Virus record (IMG/VR): IMGVR_UViG_3300031933_000117
Location: 2,688 to 66,687 of that record
Length of the DNA: 64,000 bases
From: a virus
Direction: 5' to 3' (one strand)
Part shown: piece by piece, positions 7,934 through 18,074 of the stretch
How positions within the stretch are numbered: position 1 is the first letter of the stretch
How the letters are laid out: the number at the start of each line of letters is the position of its first letter
The notes under the pieces: model-generated
Database searches by the model: none
The model's input: the letters and a program-made list of their open reading frames with translations, nothing else
Told to the model about the DNA's origin: nothing
Made by a program: the position numbers and the translations under genes

Positions 7934-8728
7934 TTATGACGGGTTTGTAATTCTTCCAAGATATGGATCATAATTCATCAAGTCATCGATTGTCATATCA
8001 GAACCCTGGGTTTCCCAGAACTGAAAAAGACCATCACGACTTTGACGATGAAAAACATCAATGTGCTCTGGATGTATAGTGGACCCCAACTCTATCTTAT
8101 AAAGAAATAAAGGAATTGAGAAAGTATTTCCAGAATTATAAATCAAATCATCCGCCACTGCTCTGGGTTTGACACCCTGATCGAGTTTATACTTATCACC
8201 ACGACAATGAAGATCAATTAGTTTTTTTGCGTGATGGCGAGTAATGATATATGCCGCTGTTGAAAAATCATTCACAAATCTCTTATGAAGTTTTACATGT
8301 AAATCACCAGTACAAATAATCGCAAGTTGAATTACATCATAGTCATAAGGAACTTTAGCAACAAAATCACTCCAAGTAAAGTTCCAGAATTTTGCTGTCT
8401 GTAAATCTACATCATCCTCCATAATGACCGCATATGGACTTTCGGAGGTTTCCACCCAGTGTTTGAGTGCCCTAAGATGAGAAGTGGTACATCCAATCTC
8501 ACCGGTAGTCATATTATCCGGATACTTTCCCTTGATAATTTCACTCAGGTCATCTTCTCTTCCGTCATAGGCAGAAATACGAGTATAGTTTTCAATCTCC
8601 CAGTACTTAAACTGCTGCTCCATATATTCACTTCTTTCTGGTTGCCCATCAAGATTTAGGTAATATATCGGTCCGATATTTTTAAATTTGTATGCTGCCT
8701 TATTTTTATCCATCAGATTGTAGTCCAC
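7934..8728 (-). CDS. Glycosyltransferase family 25
   Basis: YYLNLD...ERSEYM, GEIGCTTSH, IMEDDV. Confidence 0.8.
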   Translation of the reverse strand: MDYNLMDKNKAAYKFKNIGPIYYLNLDGQPERSEYMEQQFKYWEIENYTRISAYDGREDDLSEIIKGKYPDNMTTGEIGCTTSHLRALKHWVETSESPYAVIMEDDVDLQTAKFWNFTWSDFVAKVPYDYDVIQLAIICTGDLHVKLHKRFVNDFSTAAYIITRHHAKKLIDLHCRGDKYKLDQGVKPRAVADDLIYNSGNTFSIPLFLYKIELGSTIHPEHIDVFHRQSRDGLFQFWETQGSDMTIDDLMNYDPYLGRITNPS

Positions 8729-9519
8729 CTTTCCGGTATTAAGTCTTTTGTATTCTTATCAGAATTATTTACACCGAACCACCTCACAGGAGCCACAACA
8801 TTATCAGAACCAGATAACCATGCACCCCACCAGGAGTATGATGAATTGGCAATAATGTGTTGCTTACAAAGACTCATTAAACACAAATCAACATATTGAT
8901 CTCCAGATTCAGAAATCATAAAACGATCACCAGAAAATAGTTCTTGTTCTTTACACCATTCGGGATCATCAGAGAATACAAAAACTGAAGAAGTATCATA
9001 AAATTTGTTAAGTGCTTGCTCGTAGTAATCCAGACCCAGTATCGTATGATTTGGATTTGTAAGGTAATCAGTTCTACGAACATGAAGAGAAATTACCTCT
9101 CCAATTGAACCAACCATTTCCTTACAAGGTTCTAGGATCTCATCCTTGAATGAAAAATCTGCACGAATTTCATCTTCAATATGTTTGAAATATTTTTCAG
9201 ATTGAAAATATCCTGCAAGACTTATTTCATCGGGACACATATTAAAAAGAATTTCGTCAAAGTGAAAATGCTTTTCTTCTGCTACCGGAGCATATCCACG
9301 GTCAAGGAGTTTGATATTGCGAGGACTTACACCACTCATCTTAAATGGATAGAACAATTCAATCTTCATATCAAATCCATAAGGATCTTTAATTACTTGA
9401 TTGTGATTAGGAATACAATAGTCACATCCACGATTCCTTGCAATTCCTTTCAGGGAAGCATACTGAAACATTTGATTTCCAAGTCTTCCAAGTTGCCCCA
9501 AATAATTAAATGCTAACAT
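8713..9519 (-). CDS. Alpha-1,2-fucosyltransferase-like (GT11)
   Basis: GRLGNQMFQYA, GYFQSEKYF, HVRRTDY, IIANSSYSWWGAWL. Confidence 0.88.
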   Translation of the reverse strand: MLAFNYLGQLGRLGNQMFQYASLKGIARNRGCDYCIPNHNQVIKDPYGFDMKIELFYPFKMSGVSPRNIKLLDRGYAPVAEEKHFHFDEILFNMCPDEISLAGYFQSEKYFKHIEDEIRADFSFKDEILEPCKEMVGSIGEVISLHVRRTDYLTNPNHTILGLDYYEQALNKFYDTSSVFVFSDDPEWCKEQELFSGDRFMISESGDQYVDLCLMSLCKQHIIANSSYSWWGAWLSGSDNVVAPVRWFGVNNSDKNTKDLIPERWTTI

Positions 9520-10330
9520 TTAATTGATTCCTCCGATGTTTTACATAATTTTCTTCTTCGTAATATTTAACAAGAGTTTCTTTATCCCATGTTCTAATTT
9601 CATTCCACATATTCATATTATATTGCCACTTTGGATTATGATAATGAGAATTAAATGTTCTCTCATGATTCAAATGATAGCACATATCGTTGACTCTACC
9701 AACTTTACATCCCATAACTTGAATCCTATAAAGAAATTCACAATCTTCAGGACCCCAAGCCATAAAGTTCTCATTCCACATATAAGAATCAATTTCAGAT
9801 TGTCTCCGAATCATTTGCCCCAGCCCCATAACGGACGGGCAAATATTACATCCGGGTTGAAGAACGTTCAAATCAAATTTAGATTTTAAAAATTTATCAA
9901 ACATTTCAATAGGAAAATCTACTAACCACTGATAAACACCAACTCCATAGCAATAGACAGCATCAAATCCATATTGGGAGATCATATTATATGCAGTATG
10001 ATAACTACTTATTGGTAGAAGATGATCCACATCATAATTATAAACAATTTCAGTTTTTGATTCCAGTAAGAGATCATTTAGTATACGAGTCTTATGAAAG
10101 AAACCATCAGGATCATATTCAAAAATATGAGTTAAATTTTCTGGTTTTTTTCCAAACAACTGTGTAATATAAGGAAGTGCCTTTTCTTTAAAGATTGATT
10201 GAATATCGTGTTCTTTAACTATAATTTTACATTCCGGAAAATGATAAAGTAAATAACTAATTGAAGTTATGACATTTTTGAGTCTATCTTCAGACTCAAT
10301 TCTACAAGGCATTAAAAATGTTAAGTTCAT
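9506..10330 (-). CDS. GT-A glycosyltransferase (GT2/GT7-like)
   Basis: YDVD DxD-like motif, NENFMAWGPED, HLNH. Confidence 0.7.
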   Translation of the reverse strand: MNLTFLMPCRIESEDRLKNVITSISYLLYHFPECKIIVKEHDIQSIFKEKALPYITQLFGKKPENLTHIFEYDPDGFFHKTRILNDLLLESKTEIVYNYDVDHLLPISSYHTAYNMISQYGFDAVYCYGVGVYQWLVDFPIEMFDKFLKSKFDLNVLQPGCNICPSVMGLGQMIRRQSEIDSYMWNENFMAWGPEDCEFLYRIQVMGCKVGRVNDMCYHLNHERTFNSHYHNPKWQYNMNMWNEIRTWDKETLVKYYEEENYVKHRRNQLNVSI

Positions 10331-11175
10331 GATTCAACTTTAATCCAATTTTTTGGTAATAAATCGTCCATAATATAATAGTTATATCCAGGACCAAACC
10401 AGGGGTCGGGTGCAATAATTGGTTGAGTTGGATTTTCGATTAACCAGGCACCCCACCAACTTAAAGTGCTATTTGCAATAATACCACCAGTGCAGAGAGT
10501 CATCATACAGAGATCAAAATAAGGAATTAATGCATTTTGTTTTCCATCATTTGTATCAGACTTTTGGGGATATTTTTCTTGGTATTCAGACAACATAAAT
10601 CTATCAGAAGAGAATAATTCTTGATCTTTACACCATTCAATATCATCAGAAAATACTAATACTGGAGATGATTCATCAAAATGTTTTAGTGCATTTTCAT
10701 AATATTGAAGAGAGCACAGAGGATGATGCACCTGACTACCAATATAATCACTACGCCTTACGTGTAAGAATATTGGATTTTTTAAATCATCAAATATTTC
10801 TTTACATGGAGTTAAAATCTCATCTTTAAATTCAAAATCATTTCTGATTAAATCCTCGATATTTTTAAAATACTTTTCAGTAGTAAAATAATCATGAAGA
10901 TTTATATTGTCAGGACAATTATCAAAAAATTCTTGACTAAAATGAAAACATCCGGATTGAATACTCTGACCCTGAACATATCCAAAATTTTCTTCTTTTA
11001 CGGAAGACATTTTAAAACAATCAAATAATCCATAATTGGAATCACCATATCCCTCAAAAGGTGGAATTACCCAGTCATATCCTTTATGCGCAGCAATACC
11101 AAGAAGTGCTGCATATTGGAACATTTGATTACCAAGTCTCCCATTTGAACCTAAACGATTATAACCTATTGTCAT
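10327..11175 (-). CDS. Second GT11 alpha-1,2-fucosyltransferase-like protein
   Basis: GRLGNQMFQYA, HVRRSDY, IIANSTLSWWGAWL. Confidence 0.88.
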   Translation of the reverse strand: MTIGYNRLGSNGRLGNQMFQYAALLGIAAHKGYDWVIPPFEGYGDSNYGLFDCFKMSSVKEENFGYVQGQSIQSGCFHFSQEFFDNCPDNINLHDYFTTEKYFKNIEDLIRNDFEFKDEILTPCKEIFDDLKNPIFLHVRRSDYIGSQVHHPLCSLQYYENALKHFDESSPVLVFSDDIEWCKDQELFSSDRFMLSEYQEKYPQKSDTNDGKQNALIPYFDLCMMTLCTGGIIANSTLSWWGAWLIENPTQPIIAPDPWFGPGYNYYIMDDLLPKNWIKVES

Positions 11176-11795
11176 TATTTTTTTCTCACATATAGGGCAT
11201 CACCCCAAATACCACCAGACCAATCAGTCTCTACCCTATCCATTTCATATTCAGAAAGAAACTCATCAAGTTCTTCGATATAAGCATTATTCTCATAGAC
11301 TTCATCTCGGTTTACTTCACAGTAAACATAGTCAATATGTTTCAAAGTTTCAGATCCACCCTTCAAAACTTCTAATTCATACCCCTGAACATCCATATTG
11401 ATAAAATTAAATCCTTGAGTTTCTTCAGAAAAACTATCAAGTCTTTTCATTTCAACTTCTTCGGTTCCATCAAATTTTACCGTTGGATGATTAGTTAGAT
11501 GTAATTTTGGTTTAAGAATAGAACTACTCATCTGTTCATTATCACTCAAATACATGGTTACCATTTTTTCTTCATTTCCCAATGCAACTTGATGTCCAGA
11601 AATGTTGGCATTAGAGTTTCCAACGTTTTGTTCCAGAATTTTAAAATTGAGATTTAATGGTTCAAAAAGAATAATGTCTTGCACACCACAACTAATATAA
11701 TCTTCAATCTCTTGTCCCCTATGGGCACCAACATGAATGATACCTTTAACATCCATGCTATACTTGCAAACCATGGTTCTAAAATTTAACAGCAT
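11175..11795 (-). CDS. FkbM-family methyltransferase
   Basis: IIHVGAHRG, FEP, INMDVQGYELEVLKG. Confidence 0.88.
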   Translation of the reverse strand: MLLNFRTMVCKYSMDVKGIIHVGAHRGQEIEDYISCGVQDIILFEPLNLNFKILEQNVGNSNANISGHQVALGNEEKMVTMYLSDNEQMSSSILKPKLHLTNHPTVKFDGTEEVEMKRLDSFSEETQGFNFINMDVQGYELEVLKGGSETLKHIDYVYCEVNRDEVYENNAYIEELDEFLSEYEMDRVETDWSGGIWGDALYVRKK

Positions 11796-11802
11796 TTTTA
11801 AA

Positions 11803-12624
11803 TTACTCCGATTTTAAATAAATTTGGTAAATATAATCTTCATTAATTAAAAGATCTTTTACAATTTCTAGGTTTTCATTTACTGCATCAAGTCTATCAT
11901 AATACATTTCTGAAGTCAATAGTCCAATATCAAAGTCATCATTTAAAGTAATGATTCCTTTTGGATTAAAAAACTTTCCAATATCTGGTGCTCCATAATA
12001 AATTGGAATTGTTCCGGTTGCGAAACAATCTTGAACCTTTTCTGTAAAGTAGGTTTTATAACTTGCATTCTCGATTGCAACCGAGAACATATAGTCTACT
12101 AGACCTTCTTCTTTATTTTCAATCTCATTGAATCCACGACCATAAAAATCAACCTTTTCTTGAAATTTTTGTGCCCAGGTTAATCTATGATTATGCCCAG
12201 CACACATAGATTTATTAGAACAAATCATAGAGACTAACTTACTCTTCTCATAAAGTTTTGGTTCTGGAATCCAACTTCCTTGAAGAGGAGCAAACTTAAA
12301 CTTTGGATGAAGATTTACAAGTTCTTGATTGTGAGTGAAAATTGCATCATATGTTCTAGTATAATGCAAATAATTACGCTTTACATCTTCAATAATTTCT
12401 GGATAGATATTTGCTGATTCTAATAACCAAGCATACTTTTTAAGACTATCTTCATCATCAAATGCTAGACTAATTGCATGATCCACATAAAATGTTTCGT
12501 CTGCACCAGCATCTACCCATTCAATAAACTTAGACTCTTGTTTATAAATTGAGGATGCCTTATTACCATTATCATAATGGTTAAAACCACCACCAACTAA
12601 ATTATACTGTTTTTTATTTTTCAT
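11803..12624 (-). CDS. GT10 alpha-1,3-fucosyltransferase-like protein
   Basis: YMFSVAIEN...YFTEKVQDCF..GTIPIYYG motif. Confidence 0.75.
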   Translation of the reverse strand: MKNKKQYNLVGGGFNHYDNGNKASSIYKQESKFIEWVDAGADETFYVDHAISLAFDDEDSLKKYAWLLESANIYPEIIEDVKRNYLHYTRTYDAIFTHNQELVNLHPKFKFAPLQGSWIPEPKLYEKSKLVSMICSNKSMCAGHNHRLTWAQKFQEKVDFYGRGFNEIENKEEGLVDYMFSVAIENASYKTYFTEKVQDCFATGTIPIYYGAPDIGKFFNPKGIITLNDDFDIGLLTSEMYYDRLDAVNENLEIVKDLLINEDYIYQIYLKSE

Positions 12625-12648
12625 ATATAATAAAGAATTAATGCGAAT

Positions 12649-13329
12649 ATGAAAGTTGTATCTTTTTCTTTATGGGGAAATAATCCAAAATATACAATCG
12701 GAGCAGTAAAAAACTCGTTACTTAAAAAAAGATTTTTTCCAGAATGGGAAATGAGAGTTTATCACGACAACTCTGTCCCTTCTTATATATTAGAAGAATT
12801 AGAAAGCAATAATGCAACTCTTGTAAAAAGAAACAATCAAAATCATTCTAATGCAATGTGGCGATTTAGTCCAGCATCTGAAAAAAATGTAGAGTGTATG
12901 ATATCTAGAGACTGCGATTCTCGTTTGTTTGAACGTGATATTGTTGCGGTAGAAGAATGGTTAGCATCTGGTAAGAATTTTCATATTATTAGAGACCACC
13001 CTGGAGGACACGCTTGGGAAATCAGTGCTGGAATGTGGGGATGTAGAGAAGGTTTTATTGAAAATATTGACAATAAGATAAGTAATTATATCAAAACCAG
13101 TTCTTGGGTAACTGACCGAGCAGTAGATCAAAGATTTCTACAGGAAGTTATCTATCCCCAAGCAATGACAAGTCTTTTTCTTCATGATGAATACTTCAAC
13201 TACGAAAGAATTGGAACTACAATTAAAAGAGATCGTAGATTAGATGATTTTGCTTTTATTGGAGAACCATTTGATGAAGATGATAATCAATTATCAAATC
13301 ATCGAGATATGATCATTCAAAGATACTGA
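12649..13329 (+). CDS. Putative glycosyltransferase-like protein, inverted relative to its cluster
   Basis: VSFSLWG..PKY, MWRF, ISRDCDSR, DQRFL; type of ORF typical of glycan loci. Confidence 0.6.
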   Translation: MKVVSFSLWGNNPKYTIGAVKNSLLKKRFFPEWEMRVYHDNSVPSYILEELESNNATLVKRNNQNHSNAMWRFSPASEKNVECMISRDCDSRLFERDIVAVEEWLASGKNFHIIRDHPGGHAWEISAGMWGCREGFIENIDNKISNYIKTSSWVTDRAVDQRFLQEVIYPQAMTSLFLHDEYFNYERIGTTIKRDRRLDDFAFIGEPFDEDDNQLSNHRDMIIQRY

Positions 13330-14024
13330 ATACTTTCCGGAAGAACCTTTTGCTTATAGAATGAAAGATTTTTTTGGTAAATTGATTGATCTTCAAAATG
13401 AGAGGTTGCTACTTTTCCTACAGGAAGAGAACAAACTTTAACATGCCTGAGATCTTTTACATGATATCCAAATGCCCAAGCACGATAAGCCATATCACCA
13501 TCGGCACAATAGTATTGATAATCAGAACTATACATTCCAATCTCTCTAAAAATTTTCTTGCGATAAAGACCGTAATTCATAACAATTTCACCACCAGAAT
13601 CAGCATTATTGCAAAGACACCAACCCTCCGTATGATCTCTACCCTTTAACCAATTAGGATCTTTAGTATCCTCAAAAGTCCCATACTTCCAATTAAACAA
13701 ATAAAAATCATGATCTGATTCAATTTCAGAAAATACCTCAGACCACTTATTACAAAGAATTACATCGTCATTCCACTGACAGACAATATCATGTTTGGAT
13801 TCTTTAATCGCAAGATTCATAAAATGTGGATATGGACTTCTCCCACCGACTTCAATTAACCTAATTTGTGGGTGATTTAATTTGTTAACATAATCAATAG
13901 TGCCGTCCGTGCTCCCACCATCAACTAATACTAATTCAATCCTTTCATCAGACATAATAGTATTCTCAATTAATCTTGGCAGCATTACAGATCTATTGAG
14001 AGTGCCAGTAATAATGCTAATCAT
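13317..14024 (-). CDS. Glycosyltransferase family 2
   Basis: ISIIT..LNR, LVDGGSTDGT, WNDD, ADGD. Confidence 0.8.
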   Translation of the reverse strand: MISIITGTLNRSVMLPRLIENTIMSDERIELVLVDGGSTDGTIDYVNKLNHPQIRLIEVGGRSPYPHFMNLAIKESKHDIVCQWNDDVILCNKWSEVFSEIESDHDFYLFNWKYGTFEDTKDPNWLKGRDHTEGWCLCNNADSGGEIVMNYGLYRKKIFREIGMYSSDYQYYCADGDMAYRAWAFGYHVKDLRHVKVCSLPVGKVATSHFEDQSIYQKNLSFYKQKVLPESIQYL

Positions 14025-14042
14025 TTTTTTATATAAGTAAAT

Positions 14043-14726
14043 TTAATCAATTCCAATAACATTATTTAGTCCTTTGGAATGAATTGATTCTGGATAATTT
14101 CTAACATACTTATGCAAATGAATCTTTGGTTTATTCATCTTATAAGAGTTAATTAAATCTAAAAATCCTGTTTGCATTGTATGAATTTCTTCAGCATTCT
14201 CCAACAATTTGATATAATCAAACATTAAAAATTGAGAATCATTTCGAATAATTTTATAGTCTTGTCCGACTTTTCTCATATCAATTTCATATCCTCGTTC
14301 AGGAGCATCCATATAAAAAATATATTTTTCATCATTTGGATTCAAAGTTTTACAAACTAAATCCTCTCTCTCTTCATCACGTTGAAAATAATATTCATCA
14401 AATCTTATTTGAAAATCAAGATCAATCATTTCATAAAATGCTTGATCGAAAGTCATTCTATCTAAATAAAAATCCAATCTTTCGAATCCAGTTCGTATTA
14501 AACTATTATGAAGATTGTTTCTTTGAATAAAATTGACTATTTCAGGTTCTGTAGCAAAGTCAAATATTTCGAGATTATCGATATCCCTATACATATACTC
14601 AATATTTTTTCTATAATGAGTATAACAAAATAATACGATATTATTATTTTTTTTACAAAAATGTCTTACCATACCATTACAAATAATATGATCGCCAAGA
14701 CCAAGGTGATGATGAATATATTTCAT
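14043..14726 (-). CDS. Hypothetical glycosyltransferase-like protein
   Basis: HLGLGDHII N-terminal motif reminiscent of GT-B enzymes; cluster context. Confidence 0.5.
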   Translation of the reverse strand: MKYIHHHLGLGDHIICNGMVRHFCKKNNNIVLFCYTHYRKNIEYMYRDIDNLEIFDFATEPEIVNFIQRNNLHNSLIRTGFERLDFYLDRMTFDQAFYEMIDLDFQIRFDEYYFQRDEEREDLVCKTLNPNDEKYIFYMDAPERGYEIDMRKVGQDYKIIRNDSQFLMFDYIKLLENAEEIHTMQTGFLDLINSYKMNKPKIHLHKYVRNYPESIHSKGLNNVIGID

Positions 14727-14745
14727 TTTAATGTTTTTTCAAATT

Positions 14746-15627
14746 CTAAAATTTTAGATTCCAGTAATTAAAATCTATAAGATCACTATCATATTTTTTA
14801 TTTTTTTGATCTTCAATTTGAGATTTTAAATAATCTTCATCGAATAATTGTTTGTAATTATCTAGTATGACTATCGGAAGTTGCGAATAAAGTTTGCTAT
14901 AAATTGCATACTCATCTCTTTGAGGAGGAATATGAAAAGATTCTCCGGGAAATGCTGTACTTATTCTAATGGTTTTTGATGAATTTGCATTAATTGTAAT
15001 TGGAATCCTTTTACAGTACAAAACTTCCCAAATTCTATGAGTATCTAAACCATTACCAATGGGGCAAAAGGTAGATTCATGATCCAAAATTTTAGATATA
15101 TAACTATCATATTGATCAGGATATTCTGATATACTATTTGGAGCACAATCTTCATGATCAATATGTGGAATGGAGATGCAAAGGTTCATTATAAACGACC
15201 TGTATCCTAAGTTACTAGTTGCACTAAAATTGGAATATATGAATTTACTAGGAATTGTATTGTTATTTAAATAGACATCAGTAAGTTTTTTTGAGGAATA
15301 TTTTCCATCTTCATATGATGCATCAGATGATATTGAAAACTGATTTAGTATATGATGCTGAAAAGAATTTCGCAATCCTATTGGTATAGGGATAATATTA
15401 TCACTAACAGTTAGTGCATTTTGAGCAAAGTGATATTTTACATTTTTTGGAAGATCCTTACCAAAATTTGGATGATCGCAACTACCAGTAATTAGTATAA
15501 CTTCGTGATTTAATGAATTAATTTTTGATAATACTTCACTTACATGCTCACTATGAGAATAAAATATGGTCTTCTCATTATGCAAAGTTGCAAACTTAAC
15601 AGAAGATATTGTTTCCATACTATTCAA
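14746..15627 (-). CDS. Exostosin/GT47-like glycosyltransferase
   Basis: FCPIGNGLDTHRIWEVLY..RIPI motif. Confidence 0.6.
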   Translation of the reverse strand: MNSMETISSVKFATLHNEKTIFYSHSEHVSEVLSKINSLNHEVILITGSCDHPNFGKDLPKNVKYHFAQNALTVSDNIIPIPIGLRNSFQHHILNQFSISSDASYEDGKYSSKKLTDVYLNNNTIPSKFIYSNFSATSNLGYRSFIMNLCISIPHIDHEDCAPNSISEYPDQYDSYISKILDHESTFCPIGNGLDTHRIWEVLYCKRIPITINANSSKTIRISTAFPGESFHIPPQRDEYAIYSKLYSQLPIVILDNYKQLFDEDYLKSQIEDQKNKKYDSDLIDFNYWNLKF

Positions 15628-15965
15628 ATTCCTTTATACAACTTTACAGAATCTTCCCTTAGAGATTTATTCTGAGCAATTGCATTATCAACAAGAAAAT
15701 TAATTGCCTGTACCAAACGGGGGCGTTTTACCTTGAAGCAAATATCAATCTTACGCTTTAGGTCAGCAACTTCAGCATCAGTCTTTGCCTCTTGAATTGC
15801 ATCTTCCAACATCCACATACGTGTATGAAGAATTGAAAGTTTTTCAACAACTTCTCCCAGATTGTCAGTTTCAATATACTCTACATCAGGAAGTTCCCTG
15901 CGCGAAAGAACTTCATCTATAGTTTCCTTGATGCACTCGTCAATCAGATTTCCAAACTTATTCAT
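15624..15965 (-). CDS. Hypothetical helical protein (DUF4254-like)
   Basis: ETDNLGEVVEKLSILHTRMW motif; overlaps neighbours. Confidence 0.5.
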   Translation of the reverse strand: MNKFGNLIDECIKETIDEVLSRRELPDVEYIETDNLGEVVEKLSILHTRMWMLEDAIQEAKTDAEVADLKRKIDICFKVKRPRLVQAINFLVDNAIAQNKSLREDSVKLYKGI

Positions 15966-17128
15966 TAGATTTCTCCTACAATTTTTGCAAGTAGTTTCAT
16001 ATCATTATTAGATACAAATTGGTTATTGCCAATATACACACCATTTTCGTGAATTAAATCGGCATTAAAGTTTTTTTGTTTTCCAGTAATGAAATATTCC
16101 TTAAGATAAGGTTGTTTCAACAGATTACCTCCAACAACTGGACGATATTCAATTTTATATTTTTCAAAAAGTTGAATCAGTTTTTCTTTTATCTCCTTAG
16201 TTTTGCAAATAAAGGGGAAACAAAAACAACTGTTACCACTATTATACACTACTGAATAAAAATTGTCATTGGCATTTAAAATTTCAACAAACTTGCCATA
16301 AGTCTTTCTACGATTTTGAATGAACTCATCTAACCTCTTCAACTGAGATAGTCCAAGAACTGCACCAAACTCCGTGTTCCTAAAGTTATACCCATCACTC
16401 ACAAATAAAAATGATTTCTGTATATCAGGATTCTGTTGAACATATTCATCAAATCTATCAGAAACTCTAGCAAGACCATGAGATCTCTTAAGTTTCATTA
16501 GATCATAAAGTTCTTTATTATTGGTACAAACCATTCCACCTTCTACAGTGGACATATGATGTCCAAAGTAAAAACTAAAAGTAGAACCTAAACTATTTTT
16601 ACCAACACGTTCGCCACTAGCACCTAAACATCCATGAGATTCGCAAACATCATCAATAAAAAGAGCATTTGGAAGGATTTTTTTATATTCTTCAACTTTA
16701 GCTGGAATACCTAATAGATGAGTTACAAATACAACTTTAATATCTGGAATATTTTTAGCAATAATCTTTAAGTTTGCAATATCAAAACTATAATCATCCA
16801 AACCAATATCACAAAAAATAGGAGTCAGTCCCAACTGAATGATTGGATTGATATTTGTAACCCACGTACATGCAGGAACTAGAACTTTATCTCCTAGTTG
16901 TAAATTATATTTTTCTATGATTGTAGCAATCAAAAGAAAATTTGCAGTACTGCCAGAAGTTACAAATAATGAGTAGTCACATCCCAACCATTCAGACCAA
17001 GATTTTTCAAATTCTTCTACTTTTCGACCTTGAGTGAATTTATCAGAGGTTAAAACAAACTTTGCTAATTTGATTCTATCCATAAATGAGATAGAATTTT
17101 TCATCAATGGCCACTTAAACTCTGACAT
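15965..17128 (-). CDS. DegT/DnrJ-fold PLP enzyme, ColD-like GDP-4-keto-6-deoxymannose 3-dehydratase
   Basis: SGSTAN, DDVCESHG, and FSFYFGHHMSTVEGG with His at the position of the usual Schiff-base Lys; 387 aa. Confidence 0.75.
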   Translation of the reverse strand: MSEFKWPLMKNSISFMDRIKLAKFVLTSDKFTQGRKVEEFEKSWSEWLGCDYSLFVTSGSTANFLLIATIIEKYNLQLGDKVLVPACTWVTNINPIIQLGLTPIFCDIGLDDYSFDIANLKIIAKNIPDIKVVFVTHLLGIPAKVEEYKKILPNALFIDDVCESHGCLGASGERVGKNSLGSTFSFYFGHHMSTVEGGMVCTNNKELYDLMKLKRSHGLARVSDRFDEYVQQNPDIQKSFLFVSDGYNFRNTEFGAVLGLSQLKRLDEFIQNRRKTYGKFVEILNANDNFYSVVYNSGNSCFCFPFICKTKEIKEKLIQLFEKYKIEYRPVVGGNLLKQPYLKEYFITGKQKNFNADLIHENGVYIGNNQFVSNNDMKLLAKIVGEI

Positions 17129-18074
17129 AATTGCTCCTATTTTTTAAGAACCAACCGATTGTAATTTTAAGACCATCTTCAAGAGAAGTAGATGCTTTCC
17201 ATCCAAGAGAATTCATTTTAGAAGTATCCAATGCTCTTCTAGGAGTTCCATTTGGTTTCGTAATATCCCAAATTAATTCTCCATCATATCCAACTTGTCC
17301 AGAAATCAATTCAGAAAGTTCTTTAATACTCACTTCACGGTTTGGTCCAATATTAATAACCTCCGGATCGGAATAATTATTCATCAAGAAAATTAAACCA
17401 TCGGCAAGATCGTCAGAGAACAAAAATTCCCTAGTAGGACTTCCATCACCAAAGCAAGTAACGTTAGGAAGATTCTTATCCTTTGCGGATACAAACTTAT
17501 TAATGAAACTTGGAATTACGTGACATTGTTCGAGAATAAAATTATCATTTATTCCATAAAGATTATTAGGCATAACTGAAACAGTTGAAAATCCATACTG
17601 TTCCGTATATTTTTTACACATCATATACCCAGCAATCTTTGCCAATGAATATGAGATATTGGTTTCCTCTAAAGGACCTGTCATCAAATATTCTTCTTTA
17701 ATTGGCACAGGTGCTAATTTTGGATAAATGCAGGCAGAACCAAGAAATAGAAGTTTTTTGCAACCATTGCGATAAGCACTATCAATTACATTAGTTTGAA
17801 TCTGCAAATTTTCACGAATAAAATCTGCAGGCACTTGCTTATTATATCCAATACCACCTACTTTAGCAGCTCCCAAAAAGACATACTCAGGTCTTTCTTC
17901 CACAAAAAACTCATCTACATCTTTTTGGATCCGAAGATCTAATTGAATTCTATTTCTAATTACAATATTTTTACAACCTTGTTTTTCTAATTGTCGAATA
18001 ATTGCGGACCCAACTAATCCACGATGTCCGGCCACAAAAATTTTACTATCCTTATCCATAAATGTACTAAACAT
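17115..18074 (-). CDS. fcl: GDP-L-fucose synthase family epimerase/reductase (Fcl/WcaG/ColC-like)
   Basis: GHRGLVGSA, AAKVGGI, LGSACIYP, YSLAK, PNNLYG, GDGSPTREF. Confidence 0.88.
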   Translation of the reverse strand: MFSTFMDKDSKIFVAGHRGLVGSAIIRQLEKQGCKNIVIRNRIQLDLRIQKDVDEFFVEERPEYVFLGAAKVGGIGYNKQVPADFIRENLQIQTNVIDSAYRNGCKKLLFLGSACIYPKLAPVPIKEEYLMTGPLEETNISYSLAKIAGYMMCKKYTEQYGFSTVSVMPNNLYGINDNFILEQCHVIPSFINKFVSAKDKNLPNVTCFGDGSPTREFLFSDDLADGLIFLMNNYSDPEVINIGPNREVSIKELSELISGQVGYDGELIWDITKPNGTPRRALDTSKMNSLGWKASTSLEDGLKITIGWFLKNRSNYVRV

